In this document: positions 1-9,195 of the stretch, piece after piece
How positions within the stretch are numbered: position 1 is the stretch's first letter
How the letters are laid out: each line of letters starts with the position of its first letter
Virus record (IMG/VR): IMGVR_UViG_3300020045_004202
Location: 1-40,317 of that record
Length of the DNA: 40,317 nucleotides
Strand: one strand, 5' to 3'
Source of the DNA: a virus
Lineage: Duplodnaviria > Caudoviricetes
Notes under the pieces: model-generated
The model's database searches: none
What the model was told of the DNA's origin: nothing
The model's input: the letters and a program-made list of their open reading frames with translations, nothing else
Translations under genes and position numbers: made by a program

Positions 1-1
1 C

Positions 2-484
2 GTAAAAACTGCCACCAATGCAGCCGGAACAATAACGGCCAATGTGGTTACGAATACCAACCTTGCAAGTGGTGATAAGGACTTCAAAATAGCCTATAAT
101 AAAAAGGTTACAGAGTATTATTCGCCAATTACAATTCCGGGGGAATGTATTGCTGATGCTTCGTATTCACAGGGGATGTATTATGCCGATATTCAGACAA
201 ACAGTTATTTGCTTCCAGTTGACTTTTCGGTATTAACCGCTGCCGCTGGTACTGGTGCTGCATTGACCGTTAACATCTATAAAAACACAACGGCTTTGTT
301 TGGTTCAGCTCCTGATTTAGCTACCAATACGGTCTTGAGAAGTCAGAGACCAACAACAAATACGATTAGTGCCGGAGAAAATGTAAGCCTCAGAATAATG
401 AGTTCGGCAGGTGCTACGAATAAGGCTGCTGATTTACAGGCTAAATTATATATCATTCCAGTTTCAATTTATACAGCATTTTGA
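2..484 (+). CDS. 3' part of putative tail fibre/virion protein (5'-truncated by window edge)
   Basis: Frame is open from position 2, so the ORF-track start at 44 is internal. Thr/Ala/Ser-rich, beta-type sequence; lies in the fibre module. Confidence 0.55.
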   Translation, partial: VKTATNAAGTITANVVTNTNLASGDKDFKIAYNKKVTEYYSPITIPGECIADASYSQGMYYADIQTNSYLLPVDFSVLTAAAGTGAALTVNIYKNTTALFGSAPDLATNTVLRSQRPTTNTISAGENVSLRIMSSAGATNKAADLQAKLYIIPVSIYTAF

Positions 485-486
485 TT

Positions 487-1203
487 ATGAAAAGACTAAT
501 ATTAATATTGATTTTGTTTTGCTCATTTCAAGGATTCGGGCAATCAACAAATGGAGCTAAAGGTTATTGGAGACTTAATGGCAATTCTATGGATGCTTCT
601 GGGAATAACAACAACGGAACTGATACTAATATTACTTATTCTCAGGCAAATGGAAAGTTAAATCAAGGAGCTGGATTTAATGGATCATCTTCTTATATAA
701 ATATTGGCACAAAAGCATCGTTGTCGCTTACAGATAATTTTACGTTGTCAATATGGATGTATCCATCTGCTACAATATCTTCAGCACAACGGTTAATAAT
801 TAATGATTATGCTGGCTCGTTGACTCCTCAGTATGGGATGGACTGTATCGCTACAAATAAATTAAGGCTAGAGGTTTTTTCTTCATCTACTAGCGCAAGT
901 GTTGTTTCTAATTCAAGTCTAGTGGTGGGTAAGTGGAATATGTGTACTGCTGTTAGGGATGGGTCAACTATTGCCTTATATATAAACGGTAAATTTGATA
1001 ACTCAGCAGTTTGGACATTTACTCAAAAAGCAGTAACAGCTGAGGCGGTGGTAATAGGTGCTTCAAAAAATTTATCTCCTTCGTTTAGGTACTTTTTCAA
1101 TGGTAAACTTGATGAAGTAATAATTGATAATACGGCATGGTCACCAGCCAAAATTAAAAACTACTATTTATTGACAAGTATTAAATTCTCATTATCAAAC
1201 TAA
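487..1203 (+). CDS. LamG/concanavalin A-like lectin domain protein with Sec signal peptide
   Basis: GYWRLNGN..DASGNNNNG, FNGSSSYI, FTLSIW, W...TAVRDG...LYING and FNGKLDEV are typical Laminin_G_3 motifs. N-terminus MKRLILILILFCSFQGFG|Q. Confidence 0.85.
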   Translation: MKRLILILILFCSFQGFGQSTNGAKGYWRLNGNSMDASGNNNNGTDTNITYSQANGKLNQGAGFNGSSSYINIGTKASLSLTDNFTLSIWMYPSATISSAQRLIINDYAGSLTPQYGMDCIATNKLRLEVFSSSTSASVVSNSSLVVGKWNMCTAVRDGSTIALYINGKFDNSAVWTFTQKAVTAEAVVIGASKNLSPSFRYFFNGKLDEVIIDNTAWSPAKIKNYYLLTSIKFSLSN

Positions 1204-1208
1204 AAAAT

Positions 1209-1673
1209 ATGAAACCACTATTATTTTTAATCCTGTTCGTGCTTTTCGGATTAATATCACAGGCACAGACGACAACAGCGCAAACTGCTCTTGAAACCTT
1301 TGAGAAAGCATGGTTGACTACCAACTTTACGGGGATGACCACTACTCAAAAAAACGCTCATATTGCTAGTCATTACGCTTTAAAGATTGCAGCCGTTAAG
1401 GAAATTGAAGCTAATCGAATAATCTATGAGAATCAAACGATAGCAGACGCAGCGACCAAAAGGCAGCAAATAATAACCTATCTCACAAATCATGGGTTTA
1501 AATGCGACAATTCAAGGGGTGATTGGGAAAGGCTATACAACCATCCAAAATACTTTGGGAATAATTGGAAGGAATCTTTTGCCGATGTCCAAATAAGTAT
1601 TTCTCCTAATGTTGATTACTTTTTACAAGTTGCCTATGATCTTTATTTAACCTATGTAAAAAATGGAGACTAA
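1209..1673 (+). CDS. hypothetical protein with signal peptide
   Basis: MKPLLFLILFVLFGLISQA|Q; tightly packed in the operon. Confidence 0.7.
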   Translation: MKPLLFLILFVLFGLISQAQTTTAQTALETFEKAWLTTNFTGMTTTQKNAHIASHYALKIAAVKEIEANRIIYENQTIADAATKRQQIITYLTNHGFKCDNSRGDWERLYNHPKYFGNNWKESFADVQISISPNVDYFLQVAYDLYLTYVKNGD

Positions 1674-1674
1674 C

Positions 1675-2259
1675 ATGAAAAAAATAATATTTTTGTTATT
1701 ATTATTGCCTATATTTTCTTTTGCACAAGAAGGGGGGTATAGAAGTTTAAAAACTAAATCAGCCAAGGTAACTTTCACTGATTTCGCTGGAAGTGGATAT
1801 AGGGTACTTCTTGTTTCCCCAAATGGAGACTCCTCATATCTTCCCAATGGTGATGATAATGAAGTTTTAACTATAAAAAACGGAGTTCCAACATTTTACC
1901 CCTCATCTTCATCAATTAATGATTCCGTACAGATATTTACTGCCACCAACTTAACTTGGGACATAGATAGGGGAATAAACGCAAAACTTTCTATTTCTGG
2001 GAATACAACAATAGTTTTATCTAATCTTCCTGTGGCAGTGTCAAGATCTGGATCACTTACTGTTATTAATTCAGCAACCCAATATACCCTAAATATTACC
2101 CAATCTGGATATGTAAATGCTATCAGTAAAACAATTGGAACAATAGGGAACTATACTAAGATAAACTTAACTGGAGCATCTAAGGTGGATAAATATAGTT
2201 GGTCTTGGGATGGCTATTATTTATTCTGGAAGGGCGAAAATGATTTTATAACACAGTAG
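1675..2259 (+). CDS. putative fibre/virion-associated protein with signal peptide
   Basis: MKKIIFLLLLLPIFSFA|Q. The C-terminal part (TWDIDRG..A.L.ISGNTT..LSN...SGSL.V...KVDKYSW..DG) resembles phage fibre-tip domains. Confidence 0.6.
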   Translation: MKKIIFLLLLLPIFSFAQEGGYRSLKTKSAKVTFTDFAGSGYRVLLVSPNGDSSYLPNGDDNEVLTIKNGVPTFYPSSSSINDSVQIFTATNLTWDIDRGINAKLSISGNTTIVLSNLPVAVSRSGSLTVINSATQYTLNITQSGYVNAISKTIGTIGNYTKINLTGASKVDKYSWSWDGYYLFWKGENDFITQ

Positions 2260-2260
2260 T

Positions 2261-4108
2261 ATGAAAAGAATAATTATATTAATAATAGCGTGTTTTGTTA
2301 CCTCATTATCATACCCTCAAGATGATTTTCAGTCTTATGGAAGTAAGGCTCCAACAATAGAACATGGTGTATTTGCTCCGTGGTGCTACACTACACCACT
2401 GGTAGCTATTTCTGGACTTAACAATGGAGGATACGCTCTAAAAAGGGCTGGTATGATATTCTGTAATAACTGCCCAGGTGATCCACTAACAATACCGTAT
2501 AATCCTGAGTATTTATACTCTTGGGATACTAATTTGATTTACGAAACGTCTGAATTTGTACAACAAGCAACGGAAGTTTCTTTCAGTAACGGTGATGTAT
2601 TTAGGCAAAGGTGGTTTATTGAAACAACATCTGGACAAATATTCTATGGGAATATTGAAGAGAATACCGTGACGTGTGAAGACCCTTCTACTATATTTCA
2701 ACCAACTGTATCGACATGCTCCGGGGAGCCATCAAAAACATATAACTCAGCATCTATATGCGGAATCGTACTAGACCAAGGCACTTCTTCTGTATTTAGT
2801 TTTGGGATAGTATATTCACTGTCTCCAAACCCAACAACTAGCAGTAGTGTGGCATACGCTTCAGGAGATCCAATGCTTACGTGGACTGTTAACATAACAG
2901 GTCTTTCTCAAAATACTCTCTACTATTATAGAGCTTTTGCCGAAAGTAATGATGGTATTGGATATGGGGCTGAATATTCCTTTACAACTCCATCAAATCA
3001 AACCGTTCCAATACTTACAACAAGATCGGTTACTAGTGTTACCATTAACTCAGCAACGTCTGGAGGGGACATAAGCGATGAGGGTGGAGTTCCAATAGTA
3101 GAAAAAGGTGTTTGTTATAAGATTGGAGGAACTCCAACTTATTCTGATTCAAAAACGAGTGATGGATCTGGCATTTCAGGATATAACTCTAATATTGTTG
3201 ATTTAATGCCGAGTACAACATATCACATTAGAGCTTATGCTAGAAATAGGATTGACTCCGGAGGATTTTATGTATATGCCACTGGGTATGGGCAAGAAAT
3301 ATCATTTACAACAGCTTCAAATGTATCGTGTATGCTTCCTACGGTAGTTACTAATGCTGTAAATTCGATAACAATATCTTCAGCAAATGGAGGAGGTAAT
3401 GTCACTTCCGATGGTGGATGCGAGGTTACTTCTAAAGGCTTATGTTGGTCAACGTCTCCAAATCCAACAACGGCAAACTTATGGATTCATTGTGGATCGG
3501 GGGTCGGATCTTTTTCTGGTAATATTATTAATCTTACATCTGGAACTACTTATTATGTTCGTGCTTTTGCAGTTAATACAAGCGGAACGGCCTATGGTAA
3601 TGAAGTCAGTTTTACAACACCGTCATGCCCATCAATCGGGGATTCATACCAAGGTGGGCTCATCGCCTATGTCTTCCAATCAGGCGATGAAGGATATGTT
3701 TCAGGAGAATGTCATGGGATAATTACTTCATCTTCCCATATTGGATTTTACATGTATTATGACGGTGCTTTAGATTGGTTTGATTGTGGAGCAACAGAGA
3801 CGGCAATTGGATCAGGACAACGAAACACCAATAAAATTATTGACCCCATTTATGGATACGGCACGTATGGATATGCTGCGACAGCATGTAATAACTATTC
3901 TAATGGTGGCTATTCAGATTGGTTTTTACCCAGTTCTGGTGAAGCTCAGAAGATTTATGATTCAAGAGCCTTGCTCGGTGGAGATACTTTATTCCCAATG
4001 TGGACAAGTACTGAAACTGAACCGCAAGGTGCTTATGCAATGGACGCTTCCCTATATAACACAAATAAGATAAGTAGTTTAATGGTAAGACCAGTTAGAT
4101 ATTTTTGA
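2261..4108 (+). CDS. secreted-type protein: three FN3-like repeats plus C-terminal DUF1566/C-type-lectin-like domain
   Basis: Three repeats of the form PTV.T...ITI.SA.SGG....DGG....GVC...PT...L...TTYY.RAFA.N..G..YG.E.SFTT. C-terminal IGDSYQGG.IAY...YSDWFLPS..E...W(T)S...VRPVRYF. Cys-rich. Confidence 0.8.
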   Translation: MKRIIILIIACFVTSLSYPQDDFQSYGSKAPTIEHGVFAPWCYTTPLVAISGLNNGGYALKRAGMIFCNNCPGDPLTIPYNPEYLYSWDTNLIYETSEFVQQATEVSFSNGDVFRQRWFIETTSGQIFYGNIEENTVTCEDPSTIFQPTVSTCSGEPSKTYNSASICGIVLDQGTSSVFSFGIVYSLSPNPTTSSSVAYASGDPMLTWTVNITGLSQNTLYYYRAFAESNDGIGYGAEYSFTTPSNQTVPILTTRSVTSVTINSATSGGDISDEGGVPIVEKGVCYKIGGTPTYSDSKTSDGSGISGYNSNIVDLMPSTTYHIRAYARNRIDSGGFYVYATGYGQEISFTTASNVSCMLPTVVTNAVNSITISSANGGGNVTSDGGCEVTSKGLCWSTSPNPTTANLWIHCGSGVGSFSGNIINLTSGTTYYVRAFAVNTSGTAYGNEVSFTTPSCPSIGDSYQGGLIAYVFQSGDEGYVSGECHGIITSSSHIGFYMYYDGALDWFDCGATETAIGSGQRNTNKIIDPIYGYGTYGYAATACNNYSNGGYSDWFLPSSGEAQKIYDSRALLGGDTLFPMWTSTETEPQGAYAMDASLYNTNKISSLMVRPVRYF

Positions 4109-4155
4109 TAATTAAAATTAATTGTATAATTTAGCAACAATAAAAAATAAAAGTT

Positions 4156-4416
4156 ATGGCAGAATCAGTAGTATTGACAAAAAGTGCAGGTGGTGACTTT
4201 CAAATTGTAGTTGGTGGTATATATTCATATACCAAACAATTTCCAGTGGCGAATTACTCGACAAATTCGCTTGGTGTAAAACTGAACGTACCAGCTGGTG
4301 AACCTAGAATAATGTTTAAGGAATATCTTCCGGCAGCCTGGACGGTTGGAGTTACGACCGGGTTCACAACAAACAAAGGAGTAACTGACGCAATAACAGC
4401 ATTAAGCGCAACGTAA
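4156..4416 (+). CDS. hypothetical protein
   Basis: A-rich leader; TAATG overlap with the next gene. Confidence 0.65.
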   Translation: MAESVVLTKSAGGDFQIVVGGIYSYTKQFPVANYSTNSLGVKLNVPAGEPRIMFKEYLPAAWTVGVTTGFTTNKGVTDAITALSAT

Positions 4417-6287
4417 TGAAAAAGCTATTATCATTTATGATTCTGATGCTGATAGTATCGGTTTCATTTGCTCAATTAGGAGGATCAGGAAAGGGTTATA
4501 CAAAGGCTGAATCAGACGCAAAGTATATTACTACGTCATCAACTCAAACTCTAACAAATAAAACATTAACTTCTCCAAAGATTAATGAAAATGTAGTTTT
4601 GACTTCCACATCGACAGAATTAAATTATGTAGATGGAGTAACATCTGCAATACAAATACAGATAAATGGGAAAATTAGCGCTGACTATGTAATTGAAAAA
4701 GTTGCATCAACTTATTATGCTCGCCCTTCAGGTAGTTATACTGCTTATTCAGGTGCTGATGCGACGGTAGTTATTCAGGCCGTTCTTGATGCGTTAACTG
4801 CCGGTGGGCTTATTCATATCAAAAAGGGCTTGTATGATAATCTTGATTCACTTGAAGTAAACAATGCAAACATAACAATAGAAGGAGAAGGTCAATTTGC
4901 GACAATACTAAAATTAAAAAATGGTTTTGATACAGGTAAGACATTTGCATCATTTCCTAAATTTATAGCAATAGCAGCTCATAAAATTACTATAAGAAAT
5001 TTAGGACTCGAGGGGAATTCGGCCAATCAAACATACCAATGGGCTCCGGGCAATGCAACAGGCAGGATAAATGGTATTTTTGTTGGTTATACAGTTGGTA
5101 ATGGATGGATTACCGCTGAGGACTTTCTACTAGAAAACTGTTACATACATGATTTTACGCAATATGGATTTTGGGCTTCAAACCTTGATAGGGGGGAGGT
5201 AAGAAATTGTTATTTTAAGGACAATCAGGAGAATAATGTTAACGGTAGTGCGACAGCAACGAACTTAGTAATTCATCATTCCGTATTCTCCGGTTCAGCA
5301 TCGACAAGTGTTGCAATAGCCGGAACCAATAATGAAGTTTCTAATTGCCAGATAAGAGATGGAAACGTTGCAGGAGGAGGAACATGTTGGGGTGGAGAAT
5401 TTATGGAACCCATAAGAAGTAGATTTCTAAATAATACTATTACTGGCTTCAATGAGGGAATTGGACAGGGCACTGCTGGGCATGATAACAATATAGAGAA
5501 TAATATAATCAGTAATGTTCTTGTCCATGGAATAAATATAACAGGGGATTCGCATTCCGTAATAAAAAACAATACTGTAAATGGCTTTAGGGACAGCGGT
5601 ATCATATTAAATGGTTGTGATAATATGGATGTTTCTGAAAATACCGTATATAATACAACGGGATATGGAACCTCTGCATTATTTATAAGAAATAATGGTG
5701 GAACTTACGCCATTAATAATACAATAAAAAATAACATTTTATTAAATTCTAATGGATTAGGTATTCAGTTTCTTACTGGTTGTAATAATAATACTTTTTT
5801 AAATAATACAATTTATGGTGATAATTGGGGTGGTGCAGGAGGTGATCTTTCTGGTGATAATTTGGTGACAGGGACAATATGGAAGCAAAACTATGGTAAA
5901 AAAGCTGCAAGTTGGCTTAATGAATCTGGAAACGACAATAAAGGAGTTACGGCAACGGTTGGGGGTTTAACAACTGGAATTTTATCTTATGGTTCTCAAA
6001 ATATAACAGTTACATCAAGCAATGCAGCCTATATAGTTCGATTACCAGCTTCCAGTGCTTCAACAATTGGGACTAAGATAACTGGATTTATTGGTGCGAA
6101 TGGGTTTAAATTAGGTGTAGAATCAAGTCAGGCATCCTCTGTATATCTAAATAATGTAACAACCAACAAACTTGCTGCAATTCCGGCGAACTCGTACTTT
6201 GAAGTAATCTGTATTGATGCTACACATTGGATTTTAAGAGCATGGACAAACCTTGGTGCGCCTATAACGGCGATTGTTCCTGCATAA
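4416..6287 (+). CDS. tailspike-like right-handed beta-helix (pectate-lyase fold) protein with signal peptide
   Basis: Phage fibre motif TQTLTNKTLTSPKIN...ELNYVDGVTSAIQ, then DAT.VIQA.LD...GG.I.I..G.Y, then many parallel beta-helix repeats (I.NN.I). N-terminus MKKLLSFMILMLIVSVSFA|Q. Confidence 0.8.
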   Translation: MKKLLSFMILMLIVSVSFAQLGGSGKGYTKAESDAKYITTSSTQTLTNKTLTSPKINENVVLTSTSTELNYVDGVTSAIQIQINGKISADYVIEKVASTYYARPSGSYTAYSGADATVVIQAVLDALTAGGLIHIKKGLYDNLDSLEVNNANITIEGEGQFATILKLKNGFDTGKTFASFPKFIAIAAHKITIRNLGLEGNSANQTYQWAPGNATGRINGIFVGYTVGNGWITAEDFLLENCYIHDFTQYGFWASNLDRGEVRNCYFKDNQENNVNGSATATNLVIHHSVFSGSASTSVAIAGTNNEVSNCQIRDGNVAGGGTCWGGEFMEPIRSRFLNNTITGFNEGIGQGTAGHDNNIENNIISNVLVHGINITGDSHSVIKNNTVNGFRDSGIILNGCDNMDVSENTVYNTTGYGTSALFIRNNGGTYAINNTIKNNILLNSNGLGIQFLTGCNNNTFLNNTIYGDNWGGAGGDLSGDNLVTGTIWKQNYGKKAASWLNESGNDNKGVTATVGGLTTGILSYGSQNITVTSSNAAYIVRLPASSASTIGTKITGFIGANGFKLGVESSQASSVYLNNVTTNKLAAIPANSYFEVICIDATHWILRAWTNLGAPITAIVPA

Positions 6288-6365
6288 TTAAACTTTGGGA
6301 CTATTTGAAACAAAATATACAGTAAGTTTTATTAATTTAGTGTCGAATTGAAAAATAGATAAAGT

Positions 6366-6776
6366 ATGTCAGACGAAGAAAAAACTCACGCACAACTAAT
6401 TGAAGATATAATTGCACGAAAAATGATGCCTCTTTATTTCATTCATGGCGGCATGGCATTGACTGTTATTACAATATTTGTGGCTATTGCATGGCCTGTA
6501 AGCGATAAGGTCTCAACTCTTAGTGTCGATGTCAGCAAGTGTGTAACTTCAGAAGAAGCCTATAAAAATTTTTTGCCTAAGGGAACCTATCATTTATTGC
6601 AAAAGGATGAACACGAATCAGATCTTGAAGCAATCAGGAATCCGGAGGATGCAGATTTTATCTACATGAAAAATAACAATGCGGAAGCAGAAAGATTAGA
6701 TTTAGCATCGCGTGGAACTTCAAGAAAAAAGTACTTTAAAGACGAATACGACAAAGCTAAAAATGAAACAAATTAA
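6366..6776 (+). CDS. single-TM protein in lysis cassette (holin/antiholin-like)
   Basis: One TM segment (GGMALTVITIFVAIAWPV); first gene of the lysis cluster. Confidence 0.45.
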   Translation: MSDEEKTHAQLIEDIIARKMMPLYFIHGGMALTVITIFVAIAWPVSDKVSTLSVDVSKCVTSEEAYKNFLPKGTYHLLQKDEHESDLEAIRNPEDADFIYMKNNNAEAERLDLASRGTSRKKYFKDEYDKAKNETN

Positions 6777-6788
6777 AAATTTATAAAT

Positions 6789-7037
6789 ATGAAAACAGGA
6801 TTCTTTCAGTCGATTTCAGGCAACAATTCATCAAGCCGATTAGTTGGGTTCTTAGTAGTTATTGCCGCGTTAATTTTTGCCCAAGAAGTAATTTGGTTTG
6901 GTAAAGGTGAAATAATGGCAGCAGCCGGTGCAGCCGGAACTATCTTTTTAACTATTGCAGCTCCTGCAATGGCGTTTATGTTTGCTCAGAAAAAACAAGA
7001 AGTAAAACAGGAGGACAAAAATGAAAATCCTACTTAG
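6789..7037 (+). CDS. putative holin
   Basis: 82 aa, two TM segments, SSSRL motif, highly charged C-terminal tail; next to the spanin and endolysin candidates. Confidence 0.7.
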   Translation: MKTGFFQSISGNNSSSRLVGFLVVIAALIFAQEVIWFGKGEIMAAAGAAGTIFLTIAAPAMAFMFAQKKQEVKQEDKNENPT

Positions 7038-7503
7038 TTTTTTAATCGTATTAATTCTATTTGTCGGTTGTCGATCAACTAAACCGTCAGTTATTGAAGT
7101 TCCGATTCAGTATAAAGAAAGAATTGTTGAAAGGTTAGTACCAGTTAAATTAAATGGTGACAGCTTGAAAATGCGTGCATTCTTTGAATGTGATTCGTTG
7201 AACCAGGTTATAATGAAAAAGTCATCTGAACAGAAAAGTAAAGGCGTAGAAAGCAATTTATCGTTTGATAAAGGCCAATTGAATTACGATGCTAAAATCG
7301 TTCATGATACGATTTACATTCCAGGCAAAGAAACTACAATCACACGTGATGTTCCTATTCGTGTCGAGATTCAGGTAATCACTAATGAACTAACCAAATG
7401 GCAATCGTTTCAAATTATTGCTTTTAGGATTCTGATTGCTTTAGTATTTCTGATTGTTGCGTATAAGATGTTTTGGGCAAAGGTTAAATTATTAATCAAA
7501 TGA
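7021..7503 (+). CDS. putative unimolecular spanin (lipoprotein with C-terminal TM)
   Basis: Lipobox MKILLSFLIVLILFVG|C plus C-terminal TM (IIAFRILIALVFLIVAY) followed by basic residues, which is the u-spanin architecture. Confidence 0.7.
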   Translation: MKILLSFLIVLILFVGCRSTKPSVIEVPIQYKERIVERLVPVKLNGDSLKMRAFFECDSLNQVIMKKSSEQKSKGVESNLSFDKGQLNYDAKIVHDTIYIPGKETTITRDVPIRVEIQVITNELTKWQSFQIIAFRILIALVFLIVAYKMFWAKVKLLIK

Positions 7504-7949
7504 GAAATCTAGTCGAATTAACTCTTAAAGACTTTGGATATTATACTCCGGATTCTGCTAACCTGATTCTTGGAACTATTGCCCAGGAGTCAGCGTACGG
7601 AAAATATCATAAACAGATAAACGGGCCCGCTTTGGGTATTTGCCAAATGGAGCCGAATACGTTTAACGACATTATAAAGAACTACCTGAAATACCATCCG
7701 GATATTGTTGAACGTATTAAATCAGTTTGCCATGTTAACGTACTTTCGGCTGTTGATATGACCTCAAATGATCAATTAGCTATCTGTATGTGCAGGGTTC
7801 ATTATTTGCGTCAAAAAGGCACAATACCAACAACAATTGAAGGGTACGCAAAGTACTGGAAACAATGGTATAATACACCACTTGGGAAAGGTACTGAAAC
7901 TGAATTTATCAGGAATTATCATTTGTGGGTAATGAATGATAAGGATTAA
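7500..7949 (+). CDS. putative endolysin (lysozyme/transglycosylase-like fold)
   Basis: GTIAQES (catalytic Glu-Ser), GPALGICQMEP.T..D, YWKQWYNTPLGKG; last gene of the lysis cassette. Confidence 0.7.
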   Translation: MRNLVELTLKDFGYYTPDSANLILGTIAQESAYGKYHKQINGPALGICQMEPNTFNDIIKNYLKYHPDIVERIKSVCHVNVLSAVDMTSNDQLAICMCRVHYLRQKGTIPTTIEGYAKYWKQWYNTPLGKGTETEFIRNYHLWVMNDKD

Positions 7950-8173
7950 GTCGTAATGCAAAACTTCAGGTCTAATTCGAGAAAGTTTGCGTACTCAATC
8001 AGTTTTTTCATTGACAAAAGTTGCTTACCATTTTCAAAACGATTTAGCGAAGCGTAAGATGAGTTAAGTTCTTTTGCTGCATATCTCAATGACATTCCTT
8101 TTTTCTCTCGCTTTTGAAAAAATAAATATCCGAGTTCAACATCATTTAAAGGAAATATTTTTATTGTGTTCAT
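7946..8173 (-). CDS. XRE-family helix-turn-helix regulator
   Basis: REKKGMSLRYAAKELNSSYASLNRFENGK matches the HTH_3 pattern. Confidence 0.85.
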   Translation of the reverse strand: MNTIKIFPLNDVELGYLFFQKREKKGMSLRYAAKELNSSYASLNRFENGKQLLSMKKLIEYANFLELDLKFCITT

Positions 8174-8192
8174 ATTTTTTATATATTTGTGT

Positions 8193-8277
8193 ACTTCATT
8201 AATTTGGTTGGTTTAGGTTAGTTGATTTTTGATTAGGATTTGTTTTCCTCCCGGGGTGATTGCCGGGAGGTTTTTTG
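8193..8277 (+). ncRNA. candidate small RNA (U/G-rich, anti-start-codon type)
   Basis: -7 element TATATTTG at 8182-8189, ~55 nt U/G-rich body starting CTTCATTAATTTGG, strong plus-oriented terminator. Confidence 0.5.
8247..8277 (+). terminator. intrinsic terminator
   Basis: CCTCCCGG-GGTGATTG-CCGGGAGG followed by TTTTTT. Confidence 0.85.
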
Positions 8278-8280
8278 TTT

Positions 8281-8922
8281 TTATCCCCACTGAGTAGCCA
8301 TTGCGCGTGCGATGCCTGGAAAAGTTTTACTTCTTAATTCTTTTCGTTCAAATTCAGGAAGACTTTTGGCATCTGCATACCATTTAGGCATAACACATCC
8401 ACTTTTAAAAGTTACCATTTCACCTTTGCTTACGTGTGTTTTAGTTTCAAATAAATTAGTTTCTTTGCAGTGCAATAAAGGTTTTAATCCTTTTAGCCAT
8501 AAACACGTTGTCTTTTGAAATTCATCACCAAAGTAGTAAGGTTGAATAATTTGTGGTTTTGGTAATCTGGAATCTCCATTCATTGCGCCCATAGGATTTT
8601 CCATATAAACTTTTTTTGATTTTTTACAGGCGTATTCCCAAAGTGATATTGTCCATTTTACAGCGTCTATCCTTTCATTGTGTCTTGGTTTATTAGGTGC
8701 ATAAGTTCTATTTCCAGATAAAGTCATTTTAGTGCAAACTGGATGAAGTCCTATAAAATCCCAATCCATTAAATCAATAGCTTTAAATACATCCATTTGT
8801 AAGTGCCATTCCGGATGACCTCCTGAGCATGGTTTTAAATCATTAGAATATGCTTCATGCCCTAAACTTCTAAAAGCTAAACAAACAGATTGACTTTCTT
8901 CGCATCCTATCAATATTCTCAT
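8281..8922 (-). CDS. phage DNA cytosine methyltransferase-like protein
   Basis: N-terminal ILIGCEESQ SAM-binding-like motif, HPVCT (catalytic Cys-like), MENPMG, KTTCLWLKGL, RSKTFPGIARAMA.QWG. Confidence 0.7.
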   Translation of the reverse strand: MRILIGCEESQSVCLAFRSLGHEAYSNDLKPCSGGHPEWHLQMDVFKAIDLMDWDFIGLHPVCTKMTLSGNRTYAPNKPRHNERIDAVKWTISLWEYACKKSKKVYMENPMGAMNGDSRLPKPQIIQPYYFGDEFQKTTCLWLKGLKPLLHCKETNLFETKTHVSKGEMVTFKSGCVMPKWYADAKSLPEFERKELRSKTFPGIARAMATQWG

Positions 8923-9128
8923 TAATTCAATTTTTTATTAAGTTTTTCAATTTCGTTTTTATGGTCTGCAATTGCATTACTCCATGATAATAAAATTTCT
9001 GATTGACGTTCTTTTGTAAAAGTTTGGTCACCTTCATCAAATTTACGTTTGAACATTGATAAAGCATCAATACATCTTTGTAATTGTACTTCTGAATGAT
9101 TAATTTTAAATTCGGTAGTTGCTTTCAT
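8922..9128 (-). CDS. small hypothetical protein with own promoter
   Basis: Start MKATTEF at 9128; the ORF-track extension runs through the promoter. Confidence 0.6.
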   Translation of the reverse strand: MKATTEFKINHSEVQLQRCIDALSMFKRKFDEGDQTFTKERQSEILLSWSNAIADHKNEIEKLNKKLN

Positions 9129-9152
9129 CTTGTATGTTTTAATTTGTATGGC

Positions 9153-9184
9153 ATAAAGATAACACAATTGTGTGAATAAACAAT
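9153..9184 (-). promoter_or_regulatory. Bacteroidota sigma-A-type promoter with palindrome ACACAATTGTGT
   Basis: Minus strand TTGTTTATTC-ACACAATTGTGT-TATCTTTA. Confidence 0.6.
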
Positions 9185-9195
9185 ACTTTTACAAA

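Noticed and set aside
3900-4108. Complete diversity-generating retroelement
   Set aside because: No reverse transcriptase or template repeat seen.
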